Assembly: GCA_010015805.1 (NCBI GenBank) | Contig: ML978123.1 | Coordinates: 1,736,001 to 1,800,000, forward strand | Direction of reading: 5' to 3' | From: Rhizodiscina lignyota | Lineage: Eukaryota | Length of the DNA: 64,000 bases | Shown here: piece after piece, positions 50,424-63,119 of the stretch | Numbering within the stretch: position 1 is the stretch's first letter | Layout: each line of letters starts with the position of its first letter | Notes under the pieces: model-generated | Database searches by the model: none | What the model saw: only the letters and a program-made list of their open reading frames with translations | What the model was told of the DNA's origin: nothing | Translations under genes and position numbers: made by a program

Positions 50424-52005
50424 ATGGGAGCCGCTCTCTCTCTGCCTCTCCTGGCTCTGCCGAGTCTCGGCACAGTGTGTTCTGTCCCCGGCCGTCTCGA
50501 AATACCTGCTAATCCGAACTAGGTTGCCACTTTCGCCATGTCCTGTTGTGGTGCTGCTACATGTAGTGCAGTGTGCAGCGCTTGCGGGAAATGCCAGAAC
50601 AGGTACGTGGGAGCTGCCAGCATATCCAAGCAGATTCTGATGGTATCACAATAGCATCGCGACTAGGATAGCATACGCCCTCCTCCTCCTTGTGAACTCG
50701 ATCGTATCATGGCTCATGCTCACCGACTGGGCGCTCAAGAAACTCCAACATCTGACCCTGGATTACATGACAATCAGCTGTGGTGGGAAAGAATGCACTG
50801 GCTTCGTCGCAGTTCACCGGATGAACTTTGCTCTCGGCGCGTTCCACGCGATGCTCGCGCTTTTGCTCTTCGGCGTCCGCTCATCGAAGGATGGCCGCGC
50901 GCCAATACAGAATGGCTTCTGGGGACCGAAAATTATTGCCTGGCTTGGACTGATCGTCATCACCTTCCTTATTCCCGATGGCTTCTTCATCGCATGGGGG
51001 AACTATGTCGCGTATGCCGGTGCCATCCTCTTCCTGCTCATCGGTCTCATCCTCCTGGTCGACCTTGCGCATAATTGGGCAGAGTACTGCTTGGAGAAGA
51101 TTGAGACGACAGAGTCGAACATCTGGAGAGGAGTCTTGATCGGATCAACTGTCGGGATGTATCTCGCTTCGTTGGCCATGACCATCGTCATGTATATTTA
51201 CTTCGCTGGAGGGGGCTGTTCGATGAACCAGGCAGCAATCACTGTTCGTTTCTCGCTTCCTAGAATACAGCTGCTTTGCTAACTTTTACAGATCAATTTC
51301 CTTCTCTCTATCGGTATTTCCGCACTATCCATTCATCCGACGATTCAGATGCACAACTCACGTGCCGGTCTCGCCCAAGCTGCCATGGTCGCCATATACT
51401 GCACCTATCTCACCATGTCCGCAGTTGGCATGGAACCTGATGATAAGCACTGCAACCCGCTAATCCGCGCGCGGGGGACCCGCAAAGCTACCATTATCCT
51501 CGGAGCTATTGTCACCTTCCTCACTATGGCTTATACAACCACTCGTGCGGCGACATACGGTTTGGCAATGGGCCAGAAGGGTGGCGCATACAGCCAACTT
51601 GCCACCGATGACTATGAGCACGGCCTCGTAACCCAGCAGCCTGAAAGCCGTCGCGAGATGCGCCAGGCTGCGCTCCGTGCTGCTGTCGAGAGTGGAAGCC
51701 TTCCTGCCAGCGCACTGGACGACGATAGCGACGATGAGGATGATGACGGCAGAAACCCAAGGGATGACGAGAGGAACTCGACTCAATACAATTACTCGCT
51801 GTTCCATATCATCTTCTTGTTGTCGACAGCGTGGGTAGCCACCCTATTGACGATGAACGTGAATCCGAAGGAGGGCGATTTCGTGGCGGTAGGCAGGACT
51901 TATTGGGCAAGTTGGGTCAAGATTGTCAGCGCTTGGGTGTGCTATGGTATTTACGCATGGTCCTTGCTCGCGCCAACAGTCATGCCAGATCGGTTTGACT
52001 ATTGA
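50424..52005 (+). CDS. TMS1: Serine incorporator (Serinc) family membrane protein
   Basis: SCCGAATCS, SIATRIAYA, VHRMNFALG.FH, IQNGFWGPK, LILLVDLAHNWAE, YNYSLFHIIF, WVKIVSAW.CY. Confidence 0.93.
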
Positions 52006-52128
52006 GCTCACCTGCACTTCCCTACACAATGTATGACTAGCTCTTTCAATGTCCATTAATAGGAGGTTGTATCATATCCATCATCCTTCGATAGTGCAAA
52101 TTGGTGGCACCGCAATTTCTTCAGGGTG

Positions 52129-52623
52129 TCAGGGCCGCCGAATACCCACAATTACACCGTCCACCATCCTCAGTAGCCGTTCCTTCTCCTTGACAGCCTC
52201 TTGCCTCTCTGTCTCCGCCGCTCTCAGGTCCGCGTCTAGTGCTCGCATCCGTGCCTCCTGTGCCGCACTACTTGATCCCACGCCTGGAAGCACACTGATC
52301 AGCGCCTCAATCTGCTGCTCTTTAAGCACAAGGTCGCCTGCCAGCTCCTGAAGTCGTGACTGGAACAATTCGGGCGGGTCTGACGCCGGTGCTGCCATTG
52401 CGTTCGCGCCAGCGCCTCCTTGCAAGAGTGGATCGGATGATTGCTGCGTATCTGCATTCGCGGAGCCAGAATTTGCAGCTCCGTCGGTAATGGAAGCGGG
52501 GACGTCTGGTTGATTGGGGATAGAGCCGGGCGCGTGATGGGTGTCGATGTAGCGGATGCAGGCAAACATTTGCGTCAGAAGCTGGTCGAGGCAGTCTTGG
52601 AGTTGAGTGAGACGGTCTGACAT
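52129..52623 (-). CDS. MED21: Mediator subunit Med21 (Srb7)
   Basis: MSDRLTQLQDCLDQL...ELAGDLVLKEQQIEALISVLPG. Confidence 0.92.
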   Translation of the reverse strand: MSDRLTQLQDCLDQLLTQMFACIRYIDTHHAPGSIPNQPDVPASITDGAANSGSANADTQQSSDPLLQGGAGANAMAAPASDPPELFQSRLQELAGDLVLKEQQIEALISVLPGVGSSSAAQEARMRALDADLRAAETERQEAVKEKERLLRMVDGVIVGIRRP

Positions 52624-52897
52624 GGTGGCGCAGAACTCGCGGATTGCAGACGAAATCGTTGCAAGGGAGGAGGTGGTGTGTTTTCAGGATGGAGGAGTAA
52701 CAGCATACGATTTGGAAGTGATGCCGGGAGCTTCACGGGGGTCTCCTTGGCCTCTTGGCCTCGTATTTGCGGCTCAAACGCTCGGTTCGGACCGAGAAAT
52801 GCCAATGCCGTTACCGGCTTGGATAGCTTCACTTGCAACCACACGTCGTCTGTTCTATATCTAACTACCACCCACGGCATTCTTGGAGTGTAGGGCG

Positions 52898-53725
52898 ATG
52901 CTGAGTGGTCGCACCGTCTTGCGCCATGCACTCCATCCCCTTCAACTCACGCGACACCTTCGAACGCATTCAAGGAGCAAGGGAACGCCGCTCGTCCAGC
53001 CGGGCTCTACGCAGCACAATGACTTAAATTCATTCCTCCAATATGCCAAATCCAACGGTACTTCACAGACTTCGACAGTCTACGTTGGTACACTGTACGA
53101 ATACACTGTCATCGAATCCATGAAGCGTTTTGGTTTCGACCTGACTCGTACGGGGAAAGCCTCAGATCTTGGCATCGACTTGCTTGGTCACTGGACTGTC
53201 CCGAGCTTGCCTGTACCTATTCGTACACTCGTACAGTGCAAAGCGCGCAGCAAGAAGCTCCGGCCTGAGAACGTGCGGGAGCTCGAGGGAGCGTTCAGCG
53301 GTGCGCCGGCAGGATGGAGAGGAGACGGAGTGCTGGGCTTCCTGGTAGCGGCGGAGAGTGCGACGAAGGGCATGCGCGATGCTCTGGTCAGGAGCAAATG
53401 GCCACTTGGCTTCTTACAGGTGAGCCGTGGAGGGGCTGTGGAGCAGTTTCTGTGGAATCATAGCGCGGCTGAGAAGGGTCTGGAAGGTATGGGGGTTACT
53501 GCGAAGTATCTGCCTACGTCTTCCGCTGCAGAGAAGGACACTTTGAAGGATGAGGTAGCACTAACATGGAATGGATGGGCGTTATCTCGGGAGCCTATTG
53601 AAGATGAGGTTTTGAAAGTACCAGCCAAGTGCAAACGCCCACGGAAAGTTGGAGCGGCTGTCAGAGGCACAAATGAGAGTAACGTGAAGAGGAAGCGTGG
53701 ACGCCCGCGGAAACCAGCGGCATGA
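52898..53725 (+). CDS. RRG7: Rrg7-like mitochondrial protein (DUF2034, PD-(D/E)xK-like fold) with C-terminal AT-hook
   Basis: Basic presequence; HNDLNSFL, STVYVGTLYEY, SDLGIDLLGHW, VQCKA, VRELEG, QFLWN; C-terminal KRKRGRPRKP. Confidence 0.82.
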   Translation: MLSGRTVLRHALHPLQLTRHLRTHSRSKGTPLVQPGSTQHNDLNSFLQYAKSNGTSQTSTVYVGTLYEYTVIESMKRFGFDLTRTGKASDLGIDLLGHWTVPSLPVPIRTLVQCKARSKKLRPENVRELEGAFSGAPAGWRGDGVLGFLVAAESATKGMRDALVRSKWPLGFLQVSRGGAVEQFLWNHSAAEKGLEGMGVTAKYLPTSSAAEKDTLKDEVALTWNGWALSREPIEDEVLKVPAKCKRPRKVGAAVRGTNESNVKRKRGRPRKPAA

Positions 53726-54042
53726 AGAATCTACCACCCACGGAAAGGAGAGGGACAAACACCTTAACACAAGGGTGCCTAAATCACTACGTCACCTAGG
53801 CTTGCATAAATACTCTCCTCGGGAACTTCTGGGGCTTCTCTTCTCCTTCATTCTTCAGCTTCACACGGCCGTTGCTGTGATTCTGTCAACACAGCACGAC
53901 CAACGCTGCCCCTTCACGCTTTGTTTTCCAGCAACGCGCACGATTTCGCGTATATCAAACGCGCCTTTCAACAACAATCAGCTACAGGCAGAGTGCCATA
54001 CACAAAGATCATCCACCTACCAAAGAGTCCTCCTGCACTGCC

Positions 54043-54372
54043 ATGGCGGACGCAGATCGGGTTAGAACAACCGCTCCCTTACCACTTGAAACTGTTGTTA
54101 CTCCCGAGTTAGACATGGATGCATTTGCGGCCTTCGCATGGGACGTTGCTCTTGACGAGGCTCTTGCGGATCTCTGGCGCATCCCCGCTGGACCTGGACA
54201 TTCACACCCTTCGACGCGAGAGGAGTTGCAGAGGTTGCAAGAGAGGAATTGGCTTAGAGAGAGAACCAACACGATACAAGATCTGGTCATTCTCTGCATG
54301 GCATGGTCGAAGATGTGGGAGAAGAGGCGAGAGGGAGAGGATCTGTGCTTCGATGAAGCGGTCGTTCAGTAA
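54043..54372 (+). CDS. Possible small hypothetical protein
   Basis: 109-aa ORF with good start context (gccATGg) and protein-like composition; no recognised motif. Confidence 0.3.
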   Translation: MADADRVRTTAPLPLETVVTPELDMDAFAAFAWDVALDEALADLWRIPAGPGHSHPSTREELQRLQERNWLRERTNTIQDLVILCMAWSKMWEKRREGEDLCFDEAVVQ

Positions 54373-54940
54373 GATCTCCCATCATGAGAATGCACTCTAC
54401 ATTTCTTCTAATATACATCACGCAGGTGCCTCCGATCTATCGGTACCTGGGTCGAGGGGCCCCTGTACCAAAACGACCCACGAGACCGTGTGCACCTCAG
54501 GCACTACGATCTCATCAGGAGGTTTGTCAGGCTGCCCGAGGCACGGCAAGCAATAGGGGCAGATCTTGTGCTTCGCCGTGGCTGGGGTTGGCAGCGTGCA
54601 TTCACCTTGGTGTGTGATGATCGCCGGATGGCACGACCGTAGTCGACGGAACTACACATGGGCGGTAAAGTCAGGGCACTGGGGAGATGGAGGGGGGGGA
54701 TGGTGGTGCGCGGGCCACCGAGAAACGAGCAGGAACATATATAGACGCGTGCGGCAGAGGCCGCACAACAATCAAAACAGACCATTCGTTCACTCAAGTT
54801 CACCTGGATTAGCATATACTTAACAATCGATCTGTGATATAAGATACCATGCCCCGAGGTATCGCATCCTGATATTGCATCCGAACTCACGCACTGCCTC
54901 CAGGAAGACCTCGTAGGAGCCCCGCTATGCGAAGAGCTAG

Positions 54941-55490
54941 GTCCTCATGAGCGTATGAGACGTGCAACGGCGCCCCTTTTCGGCGATAAGGAGAAGCACA
55001 TCTCTCAAGGCGCGCTGGGCAATCTACTCCCTGATAATCTCGAATCTAAACTGATTATCAACGTACAGGATCTGTAATAGCATCTCTTTTCTACAATAAC
55101 GAGAAGCAGACTTCTCAAGGCGCGCCAGGTAAGATACCCCCCGATAATCTCGAATCTAAATGTATTATAAGCGTATAGAACCTGTAATAGCATCCCTTTT
55201 CCGCAATAACGAGAAGCAGACCTCACAAAGCGCGCTGGGCAAGCTACTCCCTGATAATCTCGAATCTAAACGCATTATGAGCGTATAGGACCTGTAACAG
55301 CATCTCTTTTCCGCGATAATGAGAAGCAGACCTCTTAAGGCGGGCTGGGCAAGAAACTCCCTGATAGTCTCGAATCTAAACGCACTATAAGCGTACAGGG
55401 CCTGTAACAGCATCTCTTTCCCGCAATAACGAATAGTAAATCCTCTAAGGCAGGCCTAATAAGCAACTCCCTGGCAACCTCGAATGTAAA
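54941..55490. repeat. Tandem array of five 110-bp units with RIP-like divergence
   Basis: Anchor CGAAT(C/G)TAAA at 55041, 55151, 55261, 55371 and 55481 (exact 110-bp period); differences are largely C/T and G/A transitions. Confidence 0.95.
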
Positions 55491-56631
55491 CTGACGAGTA
55501 TACGGAAGCTTCTTGAAAGTGCTGAAGGCGATTGTAATAGAGCGGCTCTGGACTGTTCGCTCGCGGGAAACTAGCGCCTTCGTGACTTGTACGATATCGG
55601 ATTTAAGCTACGATATCGTCATCTCATAGGGCTGACCCAGATCCTTTGTCGAATTCGCAACAAACCCCGCAGGAAATGCAGCAGAGGAGGATTGTGTCGG
55701 AGGCAGACATCCAATGTCGGAAGCGGGGATTTGGGCGAAACATGTTTCACTATTAGCCAATCGTGGGTGGTACGTGCCTCAGTTCATGCGGTTTACCCAT
55801 TGGGAGCGTAATCGGCAAAAGCAACTCTGTTGGAGCTTCCTGGATCGTGAATAGAGCTCTTCGATCCTGGTCCTGGGGTGACGGAATATGTGCATCACGG
55901 CTGCGACAAATGCGACTGCCACGGCGCATATTTCGTTCACCAACGCAGGCTGCATGCATTGACTCGTGCATGCTGAATCACTCGTGTCTCCAGTGTATAA
56001 ACTCGGTTTCCAGCGATGCTCTTGCTTACGTTGAAAGCCAAATTCGATCCCACTGGACGCTTTCGGCCTTCATCGACCGCGACTCTTTTGTCACCCACGA
56101 GGCCAGACCACAGCTCCAAATGGCATTGACTGAATGCGGCGGACGGGCGGCGCGACCGCTGACCGAGTTGAGCGGACATGAAGGTCGCGCAATTGCTCCT
56201 GGAGGAAGAGTGAAGTGCACGCAGCAGTCTTCGCTTGCAACGACGCGTGCGGGCTGCAGGCAGTGGCGCTCGTCAATATGGCATTGTGCATGGACGTTAG
56301 GATCAGCGGATGGAGGCCCGCATCCAGTTGGACGGCACTCCAGCGAAGGAGCCACTTGCATCACTTGCATCTCGCAGCACGCAGGCATTGCCGGCCTTTG
56401 GGGTGCCGGCCTGGACCTGACGTGGAGAAATGAGGCGTTCTCCCCCCCGGCCTCCTGTGCGCCCTCTCCATCGTCCATCCCCACAGTCCATCAATACGCC
56501 GCATTGCCCGCCATTCCCAAACGTTCACCAAGGTTCGCAAGCATGCGCGCTGGCGCTCGACCGCATTAGGCGACGCGGCCTGTCGTCTGTGCTGCCCGTG
56601 GAGGAAGCCGAGAAGCTTCGGTCAGCGGCCC

Positions 56632-59355
56632 ATGGCTGCCGCCGAGATCTCACAAAACCCAAGCCCGGCCGCTCTCCTCCCAGAATGCATCTTCACTTAT
56701 TCCCGGCAGTTTTATTCCCACCAAGATGCTGAAAGCATGGGATCCGAACAAGAGCCAGACCCACCACCACTTTCAGAGAACAGCGACTCAGCACCGGCGC
56801 CGCCTCGGAAGAAGCAGAAACGAAACAAGCCCACGCTCTCCTGCCGCGAGTGCGTCGAGCGGAAGACAAAGGTGTGTTGTCCAGCGTCAATTGAACTCGC
56901 GCGAGTCATTTGCCAGCCGGCAGAGCAGTCCAGCGACTATGCAGCTGCGAGGAAGACATTACTGAAACCATTCCAGTGTGACCGGAATCGCCCAACCTGC
57001 TGGGCCTGTCTCAAACGCCAGTCGGAATGCCGATACTCTGAGGTTGCGAATCTTATAGCGTCTGCGGCGTACGTCTGTCCCGTCGCCGCTCCTTCGAGGT
57101 GGACCGGTTCCTACAAACGATATCTTGGTACTGACTAAAATGACAGAAATAGCAACGGCCTCACGAATGGGAGGAAGGGCAGCAGGAGCTCCCGTCAAGG
57201 CAAGCTCGCATCTCAGGACCAGAGCAGGCTGGTCATATCTGTCGAAGTGAGTACCACGCGCTGCTGCACACTGCACGATAGCGCCGCAACAGAATCCCAT
57301 CTATATGAGATTTTGCCTGAAAGACCTTGTATTTTTCCTGTCAATTTATTAGTTGTCAGGACGGCCCCATGGTTTCAGTGAACCTAGTCCATCCTCCATC
57401 GATGTTTTCGCTCTGCAGAAGGCGGCTGCCGGCTTCGCTAAGTCGCATATCTTAGTTCTTACAGACGCTTTGTGGCTCTCGTATCTCGTAAGCTCTCTCG
57501 TGGTCAATTTGGAATCCTCTTATTCGCTGCTGCATCCGCACAATGCTTCATTTCTTTGTACCTCAATTTGTTTACGGCTTTGATAGTCGCCACCATTTCT
57601 TCGGTCCGACATGTTCGACGGCAATTTCGTGTTGCTGTTGCGCGCGCAATGAATTTTCTGGACGATTCCTTTTCCACCCTAATCACAGGCTTGCCATTGC
57701 TGTCCGATCCTAATACTGTGAGTAGACTCCCAATCCCAATGTCGCGATTCGCCATCCGAGCTCCACGCCGTCGTTTACATCCCTGCCGCTGCTCCTCTCG
57801 AATCTTCCCCATTCAGTTTCAACTCCGTCAAAGATTTTCGGAGAAGGGTCGAAGCATCCTTTCTCTAACTACTGGACAAACCAGGGCGGCCTCCCAGAGG
57901 TAATCGGGGTTCTCCCGAGTAAAGAGCAAGCTGATATACTGGTTCAGAAATACTTTGAAACAGTTGACGCAGTCTATCCAATCATAAACAAGTATCAATT
58001 CCTGGCCGACTATGACCGGTTTTGGCTGCTACAGCCGCACGAGAAGCACACGGCGGATCCGGCGCTCCTGGGACTCCATTTCGTGGTGTATGCGATGGGT
58101 ACGCAGTTCATCGAACTACCATCAGATCAAGAGAGAAAGCAGGTCGCAGAGTTCTACGCATCTGCGGCGCACCAGGCGCTGAGGATCTCGTCCTACCTCA
58201 ATCGCGGCTCGTTCCTGACGGTCCAGGCAATCGTTCTACTATGCTACTTTTTGATGAACGATAACAAGGCATCGGATGCTTGGGGATTTGGTGGAGTTCT
58301 GGTTCGACATGTCTATGCGATGGGCTTGAACCGAGATCCAGAAGTGGTGGTTCCAGAGGCGACAGTTGCGGAGAAGCAGCAGCGACGGAAACTGTGGCAG
58401 GCCGTTTTGTTTCAAGACACGTTCCTCACGGTACTTCTACGACTTCCACCAACCACAACATTTACGGACGTGGCGGTAGATTCGCTGATTGACGAGCCGG
58501 ATGTCGTCGCGTCTCCTTCCAACGTTCCGACAACGAGCCCGCCAATGAATCCTATGAGCATCAGCAGCATTGCTCCGAGCCCCTCGGCAATGACTACATC
58601 ATCATCAACAGCTACTCCTCCTCCTCCAATTACATCAAACGACACTTTTTACATACGGAGTATGTGGCGGCTGGCAAATTTTGTGCAGCCGAGGATATGC
58701 ACACCGAGAGCGCTCGGTCACCCCCTTGCATCCTCCCCACAAGACAAAATAAACCTAGTGGCTACTTTCAAGGCCATATTTGAATCGTTACCGCCAATCC
58801 TTACCACTGCGGATCCAGTCACCTTCTTCCAACTCGCAGCTCGCAATCCTCGGCAGGCGCGACAGAACCTCTTCCTCCGATCGAATTATTACCACTGTTT
58901 GATGCTCATACAAGCGGACGAGTCTCCACGGCATGGTGTGTCGCGCGACATTCAAGGTGCCATTGACGCAGGCAGATCAGGCATGCTCGCCTTCTTCAAT
59001 CTCTGGGATCATTTCTTCGTCGACGCGGGCGTTTGGTGGGTGTTTCAACATAGAGCGTTTGAGGAAGCGGTATAGTTTCTGTCCCTATTTACATTATTTT
59101 GCAGGCGCTGACAATCTCTTTAAGCTCACCGTAGCAGAGCTCCTTGCCGCGCTCCACGAATATAGCTCTTCGCCAGCTACGCCAGCTTCAGCACTCAGTC
59201 CTGCCACCATCAGTGCCGACCCTTTATTCGCGCAAGCAAAAGCGGATTCAGTCAGAGCTCTGGAAATACTGGATCATGTTGGGAGCAGCGCACCGGAAAT
59301 GCAGAAGACGCGAACGGAAGTACTAAGGAGAGCGGTTGAAAATATCCGCTGGTGA
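56632..59355 (+). CDS. Zn(II)2Cys6 transcription factor with Fungal_trans domain
   Basis: KRNKPTLSCRECVERKTK|CDRNRPTCWACLKRQSEC; LPSKEQADILVQKYFETVD; AMGLNRDP...RRKLWQAVLFQD. Start codon and middle exon boundaries are uncertain. Confidence 0.88.
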
Positions 59356-60213
59356 TGGTGGAAGGCATGTCCGAGTATCTCTCTAGGCGTAATATGGTGA
59401 ATGATGGAACAAAACTAATGGAGGAACGGTAAAAGGACGGAGGCGAAAAAGCGACTTGATTACTAGAACATGTCATTTTACTTGCTGCTCCTTTTTGCAG
59501 CATGCAGCCGAGGCGATCTGGATAATCGAAGATCATTGCCTTTTCAGAGCTTTGCAGGCCACTTTTCCTGTTTCAACCAACGATCCATGAATGCTTTCAA
59601 GCCGTAGTCCGCGGCCGAACTTCTGAAGGCCGACCTGTATATATATGTATTGCCTGGTGTCACTTACAATCAGTATAATCCAGTATTCTCTCCGGACACA
59701 TGGAATAGCTGCGCCCGATTAACCGAACCGCTGCAGCAAACACAAATTTTGTTCTTCAGCACGAGCGATAGCATCCCTGAAAGCTCGATTAAATATACAC
59801 CAGGCCGTATTTATCGAAAACATGCGGCTTCAGTGTGTATAAGGTATATTGATCCTTGAGGATACACGTCCTCGCGACTCGATATATTGCAGCCACGACT
59901 CAACTATTTTGTCACCCACCTGCAGAGGCAGTCCAGACAGTTCCGCACGTCACCTCCGTACCCCCCAGGCCCAAACCCAAAATCGTGGATCGGGCGCATA
60001 AGCGTAAGGATAACTCAAGAGCAGATCTCTGCCATCACAGCGTTGCAGTGCATCCGACCGGAGTATGAAGCATGGTCCAGGAACAGAAGGTCGATTACGA
60101 TCCAGTCGTCGCTTCCTATCTTTCCTATTCACGTCATGGACCGCAACGTTCTGTATATAGTCGCGCCTCTCGTTCTGTTCTCGTCATTGTACCTTGTTCG
60201 CCTCACCGATCCC

Positions 60214-62078
60214 ATGAGGGCTTACGGCCTTTTCTACGGCGCCCTCTTTGGGTCGCTCGCCATTGAGACGGCAGGCCAGTTTAACAATCCGCCTAGCGTG
60301 CTTATCTGGTGTGGAAAGGCGTACAATGCTAAGTATGTTGAGATACAACCTTGCAATTCATAGCTAATGAACCCACAGTAATGCTTCGTTCAACCCTGGC
60401 GGTTGGCTGAGCCCGCCCGAGAAATCGGACGTACCACTGCTCGATTTGCGTGTATACCCAAGATTCCAAGTCTACACCGCTAGCGAGGACTCCGCGACAT
60501 TAGTCGTAGATGTAGAAGTATCGTACAGGACTGGCATGCCCTTGTGTGATTATGGAGGCAACAACAGCGTCTTCTACGATACCCGTTCACCAGGCCCACC
60601 TCAGCTGCATCTCACGGTTTCTGATGCCGCCGATTCTTCGGTCCTCATCTCCAATGCTGCTGTACCCTTGGGCTCCATCGGCGAGGAACTCTCAATCTCC
60701 CTGGGTGATCTGCCTGCTCAGTCTCTTCCTCGTGATCTAGAAGTCACAGCAAGTCTCGACGGCTGTACAAAGACTTTCAAGATATCCACCCAAATTCTCC
60801 GAGTGCCGGATCGTACGGATGGAGGAACCGTCACCAAACTCGACAGAAAAAATGGAGGACTCCTTGTCCAGGATTACAAGACCGCAGGCAGCCCATTGCA
60901 GCCACTGTTACCATACTCCTACTACGTCGACTGGGGAGGCTGGCTCATGAACTCTACGTCCCAGATGAATGTCTTCAAATCTTACGGTTTTAATATAATC
61001 CATATTGTTCCACCGGGAGGTCCTGAACCTTTTAACTGGACACAGTTTGATGCGTTCATGGACCGCGCCGACGAACTTCAACTATGGGGTAGGTTACCCT
61101 TCAGTACAGGCGATAGAACTAGGGCGAGACTGATTCGCTTACTATAATACAGTGATGTATGACATGCGGAACACCTATCTCAACCTCTCATCCTTGGAGG
61201 AGCAAGTCAACCACTTGAAATCGCGGAAGAGCTTACTAACATGGTATACCGCCGATGAGCCCGACGGCAACAGCGATCCGCTCAACGGCACGACTCTTGC
61301 CTATCAGAAGCTCAGAGAACTCGATCCGTATCGACCTGTCAGCCTTGTATTGAATTGCTACAACTTCCACTTCCCGGAGTACACTGCCGGCGCGGATATC
61401 ATCATGGAGGACGTCTATCCGATTGCCACGAACCTAACATTCTCTGACCAGTGGAATACCACGTGCAATACGACGTACGGTGACTGCGGCTGCGATGACT
61501 GCTTTGCGCCTCCGGGTTCTATCGAAGACGTCCGAAAAAGATACGAGGCGTTTGACGACTACGAGAGCTGGTTGGGCTGGAAGGAAGGGCCACCCAAGCC
61601 AATCTGGGGTGTCCCTCAGGCATTTGGCGGCAGCGAGTACTGGAAGCGACCTCCAACTGCCACTGAGGAAGCTGCAATGGCCATGCTGAGGATCAATAAT
61701 GGCGCGAAAGGCATTGTGGCGTGGAATTGGCCAACGACCATGGAGCTGGCGAATGTTACAGGCATGCTAGCGAGGAGCCTTACGCAACCCGCCGTCACGG
61801 AGACACTCTTGGGTTCGCAGCCTATCAAGCTGGAGACAAATCTGGCCGACAGCAAGATCGATGCAAGGTTGTGGCGGGCAAAAGGCAAGATGCTCTTGAG
61901 CATTGTCGCTGTGACTACTGCCGGGAGCGACGGCGAAGTCGTGGTTCAATTGCCTAAGAAGATTGACAAGGTGGACAGCGTTGTTTGGGGAGCCGGAGAT
62001 AGCTGGAATGTCCATGGCAAGGAGCTGCGCAAGAGTGTCCTGAGTGGCTACGAGGTTGACGTATTCTTTGTGAGCTAG
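60214..62078 (+). CDS. Secreted putative glycoside hydrolase (TIM-barrel, unassigned family)
   Basis: Signal peptide, WCGKAY, GFNIIHIVP, MYDMR, WYTADEPDG, DIIMEDVYPI, GDCGCDDC, WGVPQAFG; 2 introns. An alternative in-frame ATG lies at 60136. Confidence 0.75.
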
Positions 62079-63119
62079 GTGCGTATTCAATACGAGGAGC
62101 TTAGTCCAAGGTCACAGTGAGCGCGGCTTTTGTCATACGTTAGCGGCAATGGCATGAATAGTTCATCCAACTTCTCCTGCCCTTCATAAGCTGTACTGCT
62201 TGCCCGGAGTAGTGCTAAATAAACAATCGGTTAACTTTTCATAAGTCCGTGTAAAAGCGAAAAGCAGATTCCGCGTATAATCTAGTGCAACCTCAACGCA
62301 TGAGCGAAGCTACGATGCGGATTTAGAATATTGACGATCGCATTACCTCTACATACAGTAGACGGTTAATGGAAGAAGTTTAAACTCGGTGAATACTCGC
62401 TTCCCGCATGCTCTAAGTAGAAAGACCTTAAGCCGTATAGATTTGATGAGTAGACTCTAAAGAGCATCTAAAACATCTCTCGAGTTCGCGTATCGTACAT
62501 ATTCTTAGGGTTAGGACAGGGTCTCATTTTATATCCCGTTCCGCTTCTCCGATTTCTCGTTCGTTTGCCGACTCCATATCGTAGTCTCCCAATTATTCCA
62601 CAAAGCACTCTGTCTTGTCTTATCTTGACGGCGGGCGGGCGGGCTTTTATTATTCCTCAACTGTTTCTAAATGCTCTTAACGGACTGGATGATTGAAGCG
62701 CAGGTAGAGGAGATTATTTCGACTTCTCCGTCATTCATCACAGCCTTCGTCTTTCTCATTGGATCAAAATCACTTAGTTACTTCAGGCCCGCCGCTAAGC
62801 TTCAGCTCCCCCGATTAATGTCTCCTTCTACTACAGATCGCTCGGCTTTAGCGGGTTTAGATGGAGCTAGACTCCTACTCATAGTGGTACGGTCTCTGCA
62901 TGGTACGCTTGATAGGTATCGGTGGCATGATTCAAAAAGGTAGGAAAGTAGCTTTAGTATCTTCAATGCTTTCGAAGATTATTTATTTCTCTATTTCCTC
63001 AATTCGTCTCCTACAACAGTTTGACTTTCACATCAGGTTCTCGGAAAGCTTGCCGAATATTCGATCGAACTGTTGGCCGAAGGTTTCGCGCTACGATACA
63101 AGTTCATTGATAACCGGCA

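Noticed and set aside
54941..55490. CRISPR-like or 5S rRNA array
   Set aside because: Whole units are homologous with no unique spacers, the context is eukaryotic, and I see no 5S sequence hallmarks.
55763..56569. 268-aa ORF upstream of the TF
   Set aside because: Non-ATG start, Cys/Ser/Arg/Trp-rich random-like composition, no motifs; likely promoter or 5' UTR.
62505..62515. Telomere-like TTAGGGTTAGG
   Set aside because: Fewer than two full units; compatible with chance.
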